Positions 50,896-64,000 of a stretch of DNA of 64,000 nucleotides are shown here, in pieces. The notes under the pieces are model-generated. The model made no database searches. It had not been told where the DNA came from and saw nothing but the letters and a program-made list of their open reading frames with translations. A program made the translations under genes and the position numbers. Origin of the DNA: Lama glama (lineage: Eukaryota); NCBI GenBank assembly GCA_028534125.1, contig CM052816.1:2978001-3042000 (forward strand), read 5' to 3'. How positions within the stretch are numbered: the stretch's first letter is position 1; each line of letters opens with the position of its first letter.

Positions 50896-53066
50896 GTTTT
50901 CTCCCATAAAAAAAAAATTTTAATAGTTCAGATTTAGGGGTTATGATAAAGAACTAAAAATATAATCTTGAAACTATTCAAGTTCTGAAATATTTATTTA
51001 GTGTCTTTTCAGTATGTTTCCATATTTACTAAATCTGGAATTCCTGTCTATTTCTGGAATATGATCTTTGAAGAGCCAGAATTTATTCTTAGTACTTTGA
51101 TATATCTATTCTGCAACTTTTTTTCTAGCTCTTTTATATGGAAAGTGTATGCAATATGGTAATAATAAACAACTAAACTAGAAAATGATGCCTATCTCAA
51201 ATATTCTGTGCTGCTTTTCCCTCAATAATAACATTGTGTGTGGCCTATGTGTTTATGTTTTTGGTTTGGTTTAGAAAACAGTGGTTCTATATTGTGTTGC
51301 TATGTCCTGAAGAAGTCTGGGAACCAGGTAGGTAGGATGGTTAGAAATCTAAAATAGGTGCATTCGTGTACTGTTGCTTTCTTCTTTGCCCTCCACCCTC
51401 AGTTTTTCTTCCCTTGCTTTGTCATTGTCTTTTTTTTCCCCTCCTGTTTCTCACCTGATTTTTTTTTTCTACATTGCCTCTAAGACAGTATCTACTAGAG
51501 TTGCTAAATCTTTTATACATAGTATTCTAGTTTAAAACAGTGAAAATATAGTGTGTATTATTTGTTGTAATAACTGAAGAGCACACCAGGGACTTTATAA
51601 AGTCAGAGTATTTGTGAGAGAATAGTAAATTATCAGACAGGGTTGCATGGGACCTCTCTTGCATGTTAACAGAATTTCAGACTTAGTTGATTATTAGATT
51701 CGGAATTCTTAAACAGCGGTCAGATACAAAGCTCCCATTTTATTATGTGCTAGTCAGATTTATATTCTCACCTATTATAAAGAAACTGTATTTCAGTGGA
51801 ATCATACATCAGTAAGGTAAGAAATTTCAGTTTTACTGATGGTGGGAACCTTTAGGTCATTTGTGGCTCAGAAATTAGTGCAAGGGCTTTTGATCACTTA
51901 AACAGAACTTGTTGATTCCCTAAAATGCTTATAGATTAAAAAGAATTTAACCCCTTTGCTCAGTATGGGAGGCCATTCTTCTTGATTCTTGATTTATACA
52001 GGTTCCAAATTAGTTTATATTCAAGTAGAAATTGCTTTAGGTTAGTCTGAGTTAAATTGCATTAGTAATAATAGTCATAATTTTAAGGGAGATTTTAAGT
52101 GTTTTATTTCAGAGTATTTGTAAATTAAACCACTACTTTAAAATTAAGTAATACAGGTAATGGAACATATTTCAGGCAGTCTCTCTCCCTGTCTTACATC
52201 AGAAGAAGAACCACTGCCTCGTTACTGTAGAACACACGAGTGCTGACATCTTTAATTTGTGGCTTATGAAAAACCCAGTTTTTTACTCATTCTGTATTTT
52301 TTTCCTTTTGCACTATTAAGAAAAGAAAAGGAGACAAATTTTGAATGTGCCTGAAAAGGAATTATTTCAAAATATTTTAAGTGTATTTAAATTTTCTGTA
52401 AAATAATTTTCATAGTTATGTAAAAGTTTGATCTGATTTTATAGTAAAATAGAGTACAGTTGTTGTAAAGTGCATTACCTCATATTTTTCTGCATTTACA
52501 GATGAGAGTTTAATCATTTGAATTAAGACAGGATAATACTTAAATGGTATCTATTGAAATAATAATATTATATTATGTATTTGCACTATTATGTAAGAGT
52601 CAGTGACAAAACTGTTATATAAATGGAACTGTAGTCATTGCACACAATTCATTTCAAGAAAATGGTTATCAAACGCAGATGTTTGAGCTCCTAGGGTCTC
52701 ATCAGTTGATCCTAATAGGATGATAATCCTGCTATTTTATTTTTTAATTAAGCCTCAAATCTATAATACATAGCACTTGAATTATTTCAGACTTTTTTTA
52801 TTTGTACACATTTATGTAAATACTTTTTTTGTAGCAGTGTTTTAGACTTAGTTCGGGAATTTGATGGGTTCCCACTTTCCCTCCCCAACACAATACATAT
52901 CATTATTCAGACAGCTTAGATAACATTCTGTTGATCCCTGTCAAATAGTCAAAGTATGAAATTTTGGAGTTACTGCATTTGAAATTCTTTAGCTCAAATC
53001 ACTGAAGTCTCTGTTTTAAAATAATCCCTAGTCTTATTATTTTGCTTCATTTTTAATATCTTTTAG

Positions 53067-53313
53067 CGACAGTGATGAGGAAAAGAAAGCGAGAAGAGGC
53101 AGATCTCCCAAAGGTGAATTCAAAGATGAAGAGGAGACTGTGACGACAAAGCATATCCACATCACACAGGCCACAGAGACAACCACCACAAGACACAAAC
53201 GCACAGCAAATCCCTCCAAAACCATTGATCTTGGAGCAGCAGCACATTACACGGGGGAAAAAGCCAGTCCAGATCAGAATGCTTCAACCCATACACCTCA
53301 GTCTTCCGTCAAG
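53067..53313 (+). CDS. CLINT1: CLINT1 exon 7 (DSDEEKKARRGRSPKGEFKDEEETVTTKHIHITQATETTTTRHKRTANPSKTIDLGAAAHYTGEKASPDQNASTHTPQSSVK, 247 nt)
   Basis: Acceptor atcttttag|C, donor AAG|GTGGGA; contains the conserved IDLGAAAHYTG block. Confidence 0.97.
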
Positions 53314-54889
53314 GTGGGAGTGGCATGAGTTTACCCATTGTACACGGTTTTATTCTTATAAGTTACTTTTGAGAATTACTGCATTTAGTAGGCTTGGGGC
53401 ATTTCTGGGTAGTCATATTAATTATAGATCATCTGGCTTGTATGACTTAGTCATTCATAATAAGAAATCTCTTCGGAGGAAGAAGCCTGTCCGATTGCTG
53501 AATGATTGTCTATGCACTTTCTGTGAAAGTAGGAATGCACCCTTGGTTCATTTGGGAAAGGTTGTGAATCAGAGTGTAGTGCATCTTCTCCTTCTAGACA
53601 GCACTGCTGGTACCAAGCACAGTGAGATTCGCTAAGGAAGACATGGGAGTGCTTGGAAGTTGTAAGAAATGACAAAAGAGGACCGAGTAGATACACAGGG
53701 GCAACAGTCTTGTTTAACAGAGATGGTGCCTGTGAAGGGAGGCGTCTTTGCCTCGTGGTCACCCCTGATAGGGAGCAGCACTGCCTCTTGTACCCCTTCT
53801 TCATTTGTTTTCTATTCACCACAGAGATGGAATTCACTAATGCTGCTGGATACCTGGCTGCAAGCTAGTCTTTTGGACAGAAATCTGCCAAAGAGGGAGA
53901 TTTACCCCGAAAGGCTAAGTTTGTCACTCTCTCCCCACCAGTGTTCACCCAGCTTGTGTCATTGCATCAAATGTAGCTGAAAGCTAGGGAGAGTATTTTT
54001 CTAATATATCTTGCAAATTGTAGTTGACTCTAAAAATAAAGCTAGTTTTACTTAGTGGCAAGAACTGTGTGAACTTTTGCCAGGTACCTTCTGGTATATG
54101 ATTTTACCCATATTGTGCTCTTTTTAGTTTTGATGAAAACCTCAAAATTATAACTCAGCTTTAGTTGTAGTTAAAGAGGAGAAATGGCTCTGTTATTTCT
54201 TTGTGGTCTCAGCTGTCCCCAGCTGTGCATACAATTAGCTTACTGATGACTGTCTAAGATCTATAGTCATAGTTAAACCGAAATACATGATGACTGTTAC
54301 ATGGAGAATTCATTTCAGGTTTCATGAGGAAAAGCATCCAAACTATATTTTTTTTAACAATAAACTGAGACTTTTGTATCCTAAAGGATTTTAAATGTCA
54401 GTTTGTAGTACAGCCTGAATGCATGTCACTGCCATAAATATTTTATATTTGTAGTATAAGCTTTTTGATTTTGTTTTCTCTACCAAAATATGTCTAGGAC
54501 AGTGAAGTTCTTAAAAAGTTACTCAACTACTTCAGATTTGTTTAAATCTCAAGGCCTTTTTAAACCACAGTATATGTAGTGTTTTAATTTTCAAAGCTCA
54601 AATTAACATGCCTGGGAACTTAGTGTTCCCCTATTGCCTAGTTCTGTCCTAATTTAGTGTGTATATTTTGAATATACAGGACTTATGTATAAGGGTGCTT
54701 AGGACATGGAGAAGAGAAAAATCATATTACAATTCTAGCCCCACAAGTTTGTTTGGGAACTAAATATGAAACTGATGTCAAGGTATATCAAACAACATAG
54801 AATTATACTAACACGTATACAAACAGTAAGTGGTGTTGAAATTCAGAGAATTGTAGAATTCTAGAGCTGGATAGGATCTTGGCCTCTAA

Positions 54890-55060
54890 TCCCGTGGATC
54901 TCAGACCTCCTTATGCATTGGAATTATCGAGGGAACTTTGTAAGACTGTATAGGCCAGGATCCCACCCTGAACAATCATGATTCAATATGTTGTGATGCA
55001 GCTGGGCATATATATTTTTTAATGCTTCTTAAATGATTCTGTTACATGGCGTTAAGATTT
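54890..55060. mobile_element. MER5A-like MITE within an L2 fragment
   Basis: tgcattggaattatcgagggaactttgtaag...tttttaatgcttcttaaatgattct. Confidence 0.55.
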
Positions 55061-55412
55061 GAGTGAAGTATGTTTTTCAGAGTGAAATGCAGTAAGAAAT
55101 GAGAAGGTGACCCAGAAGAAGTGGCTGTGCCTAATCTCTGATCTCAGAAAAGAAATGAGTTAGGGAAGAGAGAAGCGTGGGTGTGAGGGACTTTCACAGG
55201 GGTAGGAATAGAATTACTTAAAAATACTATCTTCTCCATAAAGAGGCAAGATTTCAAGAGCACTTCTCTTTTTTTCAGAAGATGAAATCTACCTTTATTA
55301 AGATAATTACAGGTATCTGTAATCTAAGTTGAAAATTAGAGATGAGTAGAGCAGTTTTAGATAAGATAGTAGAACTTTGTTTTCTAAGCTTGTTAGTTCT
55401 GTGTGTTTTCAG

Positions 55413-55482
55413 ACTTCAGTGCCTAGCAGCAAGACATCTGGTGACCTTGTTGATCTGTTCGATGGCACCAGCCAATCAACAG
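55413..55482 (+). CDS. CLINT1: CLINT1 exon 8 (TSVPSSKTSGDLVDLFDGTSQST, 70 nt)
   Basis: Acceptor gtgttttcag|A, donor CAG|GTAAGC; DLVDLF motif. Confidence 0.96.
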
Positions 55483-55847
55483 GTAAGCTCCCACACTGGC
55501 TTTTTTCTTTTCAGTAACCTTGGTTAAAGAGTAATTTTTTAAAAGCCAAATAAAAGATGGAATAAAATTTTTTTTGTTTTGCATTAGAGTTATTTTTAAT
55601 GTGAAATTAGTGAGCCTTGAGCACTATTGGGAAGGAATTGTTTAATTGCCTAAAATAAAGAAGACAAGCACTTAAATATTTGATAACTCACTAATCTCTT
55701 TCTCTCTCCTTAATTTCTGTAGCACTGAGTATTTGGGGTCCTTTGCTTTCTCTGTTAGCAGACTCTACTCCTCTGGCCATTCACTGTCTTTCCCTAAATC
55801 TTAATTCTGGCTCTTGAATCAGCCATGCCTAGGGTTCATTTAAAGTT

Positions 55848-56045
55848 TTCATTCATTCAGTAATCATTTATTGAACCAGACACTGCCTGGGTGCTGGAAA
55901 TATAATGCTTAGTAAAACACAGTCCTTGCCCTTATGGGAAGGTCAAGTGGAAAAAATAATCATTAATCAGAGTCACAAATAGTTACCTAGTTACAAACAT
56001 GCAGAGTGCTTTGGAGGAAAGGGGCATTCTATGAAAATGTATAAC
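55848..56045 (-). mobile_element. L2 3' end
   Basis: ttcattcattcagtaatcatttattga...ccagacactgcctgggtgctgg...agtccttgcccttatgg. Confidence 0.8.
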
Positions 56046-59000
56046 TATTTCCCTGATAAAGAGGGCTGCAGCAAAAGAATAGTCCATTCAAGATTTTCTC
56101 GAGATCTTCTCACAGAGAAGATTAATGATTTCTTCAGTTTGATTTCCAATATGTGCTAGATTTTATCTGAGTAATTCCCTGTAAATTGTTTTCAAGGAAG
56201 GTTATATTTTAGGTTGCATTTGATGATCACGGAGTTCTAAGAAACCGTGCTGAGTCAAAACAGCTTAAGAAATACAACTTCCATTTAAAGACAGCCTTTC
56301 ATAATCTGTTTTAAAAAGTTCATTTCACATTAAAATGTAAATGGTGAGATTGGCATATAGGTAATGTCAAAAGTAAATCTCTTGTTTCTAGTTGTGTGTA
56401 ATGATTTTCAAAACAATTGTTTTAAAATTTAAATTAGTGTTTAAGTAGACATTTATGATGGGAGTTACTTTTCATTGATAGTTTAGTACATGTAACTAAT
56501 TTAGTACATGTAACTAGTAAGTCTCCTGTTTTCTCCTTCTCCTTGTCTACTACCATAAAATTAATTCTTGGACTGGATGTGAACTTAGGACATCTGGTTC
56601 AGCCTAGTTTCTGAGATTCTTCAATTATTGTTCTCTCTTTTCTGTAACTGTAACTGTTCCTAAAATTATTCCTTAACCTCGAACTCTTATGCTCAAGGTT
56701 ACAAACAACTACATTAGTTTTTTTTGTTTTTGTTTTTTTAACAATTTGTGGGTTGTCTTTTTGTAGGTTGAACAATTTAACTGTGGTATTAACTGCTAGT
56801 TAGCATATAGTCATATAATACAGACTTAGTGTCACAGAATGCCAACTATTTTGGACTCCCTGGCATGAACTATTAAAGAGCTCTTTTCATGCATCTGCAG
56901 AAAGTTTTAATGGAGCAATCAGAGAAGAATTAACTAGGAAGATCAGATGAGTGAATGTAACTTTTTTCTTGGTGTTACCAAGATTGCTTTGAACAGAGAG
57001 AATTATTAAATACCAACATTCTTCCTTTGCTTGGTAGGAAACATTTGAGTGGTTTTTCTTCAGTACAAACAGTAGATTAACTAATTAAATAGAAGTAGGA
57101 ATTAATATTAATACAGTAATTGAGATGAAATCTGGAAGGTTTCTTGCCCTTTTTAAAATCTTAATATTTTCTTAAAAAAAACAAAACTGAATGTGAGTTG
57201 ACATCATTATTTTTCAAAGTTCTTTCCTATTTGAAACAGTATGTTTAACCAGTATATGCAGAACCCCCTCCAATCAGTAACGTAAATTTCATTACCCTGA
57301 ATCTCTATTTAAATATTTTGGTAATGTATTTTAAATTGAACTGAGCACTGGAAAAAAATTGGATATTAAATCTCTAGCACTTACATGTGAGAAAGCCTAA
57401 GAACCTACCCTATTAGCATTGCAGTTTGGTGCCGAGTGGGTGTCGTTTACCAGATGTGCCTGTATTCATAGTAGTGCCATCATGCAAGGAATACAGGCAT
57501 GAACTATAAACCTAAGCAGCTATGGCTTCCGTACTACTCGCCAGATAAATGTCTCCTTGGAGAAAGTACTCAGGTTTTCTTTTTTTTATGTGTTACTATG
57601 TCCTCGTTGTTAGCATCTTCAGAAGTATATGTAATAAAATCATTGTAGAATGTCAACCAAGTTTAAAAATACACATACCACTCATCAAGACCTACTGAGA
57701 CTGTCTTGAATGCCCTACTCGGGTGATGTTCTTTTAAAATCTGTACTCAGATGATATTTTGCTGGCTTTTACATATGGTACATATCTACCTAAGTAAACA
57801 TTTTTTAATAATAAAGTATCTGGAAAATAAGCCTATTATAAATAAAATGCCATAAACCATTCCATTTCACTTTTTACTATATCTCATCCTAAAAGTTTAC
57901 ATTGTCTCCTTTGTCCCTACATGAGTTCTTTCTAGTACAGTGAATGAGATTGAAGAGAAAATACAAATAGATGTTACTTGACTTGCAGTATGTTTTGAAT
58001 TTTTAATTAAAAATTTTTTTAAAGTTTAAAGTAGATTAAATAAAAAATGTGCATCACATTTACATTTGAATCTGTTGCCCTGTACCCAGTAATCACTGAG
58101 GTTAGTTGAGGATATTTACAAGGATAGGAACCACCTTGTTACATCTTCAATAAACCAACTTACATATTAGAATTTTCATGGAAGTTGTCTCTAGTTTAAG
58201 CCAATTTTACTAAAAATAAAATGTTGTACCATATTCTCTTTTCACTAATTAAAAATAATGCATTCTCATTTTAGAAATTTTATGGAAAACAAATGATTCA
58301 CCATAACTTAGATGCATAAAGTTAACTATTAATAATTTTGATAAATACTTTTTTTTTTTTAACATTGTCTATATATTCAGTCAGTATATTTAAGCATTTA
58401 TGTTGCAGATCTTTTTCAGGCTTCTAAGTAAGGATTTTTGTCAGGACGGGAGGTAAACTGCTTTTCACCTAAAATCTCATGACCATTTCCTTATGACAGT
58501 TGGTATTTTACGGACCTTTTAATTGCTTTATAATCTTAACATTGTGTAAATATGCTGTAATTTATTTGATCAGTCTCTTATTTTTTGGACATCAAGTTTT
58601 GTTTTGTTTCCAAACTTTTATTATAAAGTAGCAAAATAGCATCTTTCAAATTCTTCCAGTCTGGTAAGGAGAAAGTGGATTTCATTTTATTTTGCATTTA
58701 TTTGATTACTGAGTTTGACTACTTTTCATGCTTTTATATGCCAGTCGTAACTTGTCTATTCATGCCCTTTGTCCTTTTTTTTTTAAATTGGAGCTGTTTA
58801 TCCTTATTGAGTTTTTTTTTAACTTATATTAGTTCTTTGTCATATATTTACAATTTTTTTGCATTTTTGTCATTTCTTTTAATTTGTATTTATTAGAATT
58901 CTTCATGCAAAAGTTTTTCGTCATATAATATAGATTAAATTCTTTTGTTGAAGAAAACTTCCTTTTGGAGTTAAAGCACTGCCTTGTACAGCTATATTTT

Positions 59001-61189
59001 TCCTGTTCACTGTATTGCTTTGGAAAGTACATGTTCCCAGCTGGTGATTGTAAATAACCTCCTTGCTCCCCTAAAAAGGCAGATGGAAATGGTTCATTTA
59101 TAATGACAGTTCTCATGTGGGAATCTTGAAGGATAGCTCTTGTTGTGAAATTTAGCAGTCTTCCACATGCAGCAATTTTTGGTAGATTCTTTTATTTAAA
59201 TTCCCTTAGATAGAAGTTATCTGGAAAATGCTCAAGTATAGAAAATTTCTGTTGAATTTAAGGCGTTGGTATGAATAGCATGCATATAGGTATGGATAGT
59301 CCCTTCTAGGAGAGAAACTTCCTAAATGAAATAAAGTGATTTTTAATTTCTGAGGTGGTTTTCAGAGTTGAAGATCACATTGCGTAAAATACAAGTAGAA
59401 GCATAACCCGTGGCACTTGCAAAGACAGAGAAGAGTTAAATTCTTTTTAAGGAAAGGTGGCTTCTATCTGTAACATACTTAAGTGTGTTTCCACACTTTT
59501 ACTTCCTTTGTTCTTAAAGTAGTTATGTTTGAAATCAAACTCCCTGTAATACAGATGGAGAGATGAGTAGTATTTGCTATAGACAACTTAAGAACACAGT
59601 ATAATTTCAGTTCAGGTGTTAGAAGGTAGAGCAATAAAATAACTAAAAAGACCATTATTTGAAATATTAAATTAAGGATATGCCAGAAATAAAATATCTC
59701 ACCCAGCTTGAAGATGGAATTCACAAGTATTCAGTGCTTTTATCCACAGCTTGAGTTTTCTTTGTAGCCCAGCATGGATAAGATTAGAAAATCCCTAACT
59801 TGTGTGGCATAATAAATTACATATTGATGTTTATTCACCACTTGGATGAAGAAAATGAAAATAATCCCCAATTTTCAAATCCCTTAACGTTATAATAAAA
59901 GATTAACTATCATTCTGTTACCTAATAGGAATCTTTGATCAATATTTTTAACATGAAGGAATATTACAGAAGACAAACTTACGAAGATTAAGTAACAACT
60001 GTTTGTAAGATTCGTTTTCCTGCTAGACCTTATAAATATACGTGCTTGTTAGTATAGTTTAAAAATACAGCTCACTGATGTTTTGTACCCCTCGTCACAT
60101 TTTATCCTGACACATGTATGTACCTTTAAAGAAGACGAAAACAAATGACTGTGATATTTTCCTTGGATAAAGCGAAAGAGTAGACGTATGAGCTGTAGTG
60201 TTGGTAGAAGTAGAGAACTTTGGCCTTGGTGGAAGTTCATGGTGAGTGAGGATATATGTGAATATGTGCATCTGCAGTGAGGTGAAGGAATGAGGAGTTA
60301 GCTATGCCTGATGATAGCTGACTGTGCTAACTTGCATTAGAAAGAAATACCAGGTACACATGTAAACTGATTTGTTCCTTCTATTCCTGCTGGCCATTTA
60401 TTAAGAAGGGGAGATGGTTCTAGTTTAATTAACCCAGTTGAGTGTAGCAGATGGGGCAGAATGTCTTGCAGCGATAAGACAATTCAGAAATGGCACCAGA
60501 TGTTGAAAGCTGTCCCTGGTGGTGTCTGAGTGCAGCCCAGATGTTCCAGTCCCACCTGGCTAGTTTCTAAGCACTGCAGGGTAAGCAGCTGTGATGTAAC
60601 GTATATAATGTTCACATAACACTAAAAGCACCATAATTGAACTGCCGCTCTAAATTTCTAAGGTTGTGACTCTTAAGAGGTGAAATCTTTAAGGACAAAC
60701 AAAAATAAGGACAGCTATTTAAGGTTTAGATCCTTTGGCTGTTGCAATGTCAGTGATAATTGAATTGGGAGAAATGTGAAATGGAACATAAAATTTAATA
60801 TAATGTTACTGTTCAAATTGTAGATAAAAGTAAATATTCTTACCCATGTAGTGTTTACAAATGAAAATTTGTATGAGAATGTGATGTTATGTGCACAGGG
60901 ATTGATCTGCAGCCTTATGATTTGAATCTCAACTGTTTTAAAAACAGCTGTCTGGAAGTAGCAAAAGCTACTCTCTTTTCATGTATTAATTTTAGCACAT
61001 CTTTTGCAAGTAGACAATAGAAAAAAAAAGTCCACCAAAATCATTGCATTCATTTTTCTTCCTATAGCTATTAATCAGTTGCTGTGGCATCTGATTTTTA
61101 TGTAGATCAACTTCAAGGGGTTTTTTGTTTGTTTTAATTTAAATTTCCACCCTGCTGAAAATTTGCCACCTTTTCTTTTTCTCTCTAGT

Positions 61190-61890
61190 TTTTTGGTTTT
61201 GCTTGTTTATTGTGTCCCATTTGAGAGAAAACTGCAAAACATTGTAACATTTTCCCCCTAAAATACTTCAGTGTATATCTCCTTACAACAAGGACATTTC
61301 ATAATTACAATATAATTATCATTCTTGGGAATTTTAACATTAAAACAGTATTACTGCATAATACACAGACCATATTCAAATTTCCCTGATGTCTCAATTA
61401 TGTGATTTCAGGATAGCACTTTTTTAAATACCCAGCATCCACATTCCATCCAGGGATCGCATATTTCATTAACTTGCGTGTTTCTTCAGGCTTCTTTAGT
61501 CTGGAGTAGTCCCAGTCTTTTTTGTCTTTTATGATGACAGTTTCTGAAGAGTCTTGAGAGTTGTTTTGCAGAATGTCGCTCAATTTGTATTTGTCTGATT
61601 CATTCCTCATGATTAGATTCAGTTTAAATATTTTTGGCAGGAATTTTTACATGGGTGATGACCTCCTTTTCAGTCCCTTACATTAGAAGGCCTATAAGTA
61701 CTATTTTGTCTGATTATTAGTGACATTAATTTTGAGCACTTGTTTAAGGTGGTATCCATCTAATTTTTGCAGTGTAAAATCACTTTATCCCCCTTTATAA
61801 GTAATGTGTGGAGTGATGATTTGAGATTGTATGACTATCTTATTCCCCAGCAACATTTCACCCAGATTTTAGTATCCATTGAAGATTCTT
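61190..61890 (-). mobile_element. L1MC4/5-type 3' UTR, antisense
   Basis: ccctaaaatacttcagtgtatatctcc...ttgttttgcagaatgtcgctcaatttgtatttgtctgatt...ctcatgattagattcag. Confidence 0.85.
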
Positions 61891-62216
61891 GTAAAGAGCA
61901 TAATTAGCCATATAAACTGCATGCCCACATTATGTTCGTGAAGTGTAAGTGAGGAATATAACTTTGACAACAGTCATATGTCAGTATTCTTACCAGACAT
62001 AGAATTGAGGGATGTAAGAGATTCTGTGGTAGCTTGAAGGGAACATGGTGACATGGAAAGCTAGATCAGCAAAGTAGGTTTCAGATGGGTCTCAGGGGCT
62101 CATTAATAATATTGGATATTTTTTAAAGTGTGGTGCAAAAAATGGCTTCCTGAAATTACTATCAGTTGTTCTGTGGTTCTAACAGTTTAACGTTTTCCTC
62201 ATTACTTAATTTCTAG

Positions 62217-62291
62217 GAGGATCAACTGATTTATTTGGAGGATTTGCTGACTTTGGCTCAGTGGCTGCATCAGGCAGTTTCCCTTCCCAAG
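62217..62291 (+). CDS. CLINT1: CLINT1 exon 9 (GGSTDLFGGFADFGSVAASGSFPSQ, 75 nt)
   Basis: Acceptor aatttctag|G, donor AAG|GTATGA; DLFGGFADF acidic-phenylalanine motif of the AP-1 gamma-ear/clathrin-binding region. Confidence 0.96.
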
Positions 62292-62864
62292 GTATGATAC
62301 GATTTGATTCGCCAAAAATCTAAGGACAGTGAAAACGTTACCAAAACAAAATAACTCTCCTGCCCCCCCAATCAGTTTCTTTTGGCCATTTTTCTACTTG
62401 TAGTATTTATAATTCCTAATTCCCCAAGAATTTATTCACAAGGGTACTTTATTGGGCCAATATCGTGTATGTTCAAAATGAATTAATTTGGTTGCAAACT
62501 ATTCAGGTACACCTAAATAAAATTGCTCTCATTCATAAGTGACTCTTGTTTAGATTTTTAGGGGAGTAGATGGGTAGGGATTATGAGTAAGTATAAATCT
62601 CATGTTAGTAGAAAGAATATTATGGTTTATGTCTAGTGTATATGATTTTCATGAATGAAATTCAGGGATATTGGGATTGGGCAGACCATCTTACTAAATT
62701 CATTTCTTTGTGATTCAGATGTTTTAAGAGAATTTCTATGAAAAATTCCTGAAATTCAGTTTGATACATCCTTAATAGTGAACAGTTAAATCTTGGGCAA
62801 AAAAAAAAACCTTCCTCACTCCGTGTCACATTAGAAATTTAAAAATAACCTATATCTGTTGTTA

Positions 62865-62955
62865 TCACTTCACAATATTTATAAATGTCAAATCATTATG
62901 TTATCCACCTGAAACTAATGTTATATGTCCATTATACTCTGAATTAAAAAAAAAA
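62865..62955 (+). mobile_element. Short L1 3' end with A tail
   Basis: aaatcattatgttatccacctgaaactaatgttatatgtccattatactc...aaaaaaaaa. Confidence 0.75.
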
Positions 62956-64000
62956 CCAACAAGGACTGAGGTGAAGGGCTTATATTTTTCCCCTTTTTTG
63001 TTAATATTTTTATCTTACTACCTCTGCCCTTTACTGTCTAACTTTATAAAAGCCTCTGAGCCTCCAGCTTTCTAAAGTTGAGAATAATGCTATTTGTCAT
63101 CATTCTTTTTAAGGATAGAGTAATGTTTATAGAAGTGTGCAGAATGTGGACTAAGTTCATTATTGTCTTTTAGGTTGTAAAGGGGTTGATTGTAGTGTTT
63201 TTTCTATAAAAGCTAGTCATTCTGAACTTTGAGAGATAATACAAAATTTTTAGCTAGAAAAATCATACATGAGGTGAAGCAAGGAGGAAAGATGTAGTCT
63301 AACTGAGTTAGTCTTATTAATTTTAAGTAGAGTTATCTATCCCTGTTATGTATTAATTAGATTGAAATTTATATTTAGTAACATCACGTTTAAGTTTGTG
63401 AGGATTTAGGAAGAAGGGTGCATAGATTTTAATGTAATTTGGGGTTATTTTGACAGCTTGTATAAATTCCAAGTATTTCCCAGAAACCAAAATTGTGAAG
63501 TAGTGAACTGCTTCATTTTAGAAGTGTGGTTATGCCTTCTAAGGGTTAATAACCTTACTTAGGGCAAATCAAAGTAGAGGATAAACATTGCCCTAATTTT
63601 ACAGACTGCCTGTGTAATTCTCAAAGTTTTTATGTGTATAAAATTGCCTGCTTTGCAAATAATTCAAATATGTTAATGTGGCTAAGTGATACTGGATCTC
63701 TTCATCTGTATGCACGTGATTAATATAACTTGATCTCCATTACGCAAGGGACTGAAACTGTTGCAACAATGATTAATCATTTCTGAACAATATATCCCCG
63801 ACTAGAAATCCCTTCCACCCATGATTAATCATCTCAGATAAAGTTTTCACATGGGGCAACACATTTTGCCCCAGTTTCCATTCTTACTCTGTTTTATAGC
63901 TCAAGCAAATAGAAAATCAGCAGAAAGTTTACCTTTATCAAGCAGTCTTTAAATTATTTAATATATAAAACTAACTGTAAATTCTTAATTCAGTCTCTTT

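Larger units (their letters stand above)
16354..64000 (+). other. CLINT1: CLINT1 gene body from the start codon, coding exons 1-9 visible; 3' part lies outside the window
   Basis: Spliced translation MLNMWKVRELVDKATNVVMNYSEIESKVREATNDDPWGPSGQLMGEIAK...DLFGGFADFGSVAASGSFPSQ matches epsinR as I recall it. Exon phases are consistent (41+105+97+109+165+178+247+70+75 = 1087 nt). Confidence 0.98.

Noticed and set aside
53314..53330. Read-through of exon 7 into the intron (VGVA-stop) as an alternative last exon
   Set aside because: No canonical polyA signal close downstream and no other support.
62214..62219. NAGNAG (TAGGAG) at the exon 9 acceptor
   Set aside because: A distal GAG is rarely used as an acceptor and would only remove one Gly.
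1..64000. CRISPR arrays, operons, prophage, defence or other prokaryotic systems; snoRNA or miRNA genes; processed pseudogenes
   Set aside because: The sequence is an intron-rich mammalian locus with no spaced repeat arrays or long ORFs. I recognised no small-RNA gene or retrocopy by eye, but an Rfam/Infernal and BLASTX search would be needed to exclude them.

Overview
Mammalian genomic DNA, probably a camelid (alpaca, llama or camel), inferred from two tRNA-derived Vic-1-like SINEs and no recognisable Alu, B1, Bov-A2 or PRE-1 elements. The window holds about 16 kb of repeat-rich upstream DNA with a 500-N assembly gap, a CpG-island promoter, and the first nine coding exons of CLINT1 (clathrin interactor 1 / epsinR / enthoprotin) on the + strand. 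The exons join through GT-AG introns into an open 1087-nt frame (362 codons plus 1 nt) covering the ENTH domain and the first clathrin/AP-1-binding motifs; the gene continues past the window end. Nearly all ORFs in the supplied track are spurious. I found no prokaryotic-type or wholly new genetic system. The most interesting signals concern possible alternative splicing of CLINT1: a frame-preserving 39-nt cassette exon encoding a di-cysteine peptide and flanked by RBFOX/MBNL/PTB-type motifs; a 96-nt stop-containing exon in a CpG-enriched patch of intron 1 that could give an isoform lacking the N-terminal residues or trigger NMD; an in-frame upstream acceptor at exon 2; and a coding substitution that creates a cryptic donor in exon 6. 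Repeat names and boundaries come from recalled consensus sequences and are approximate.
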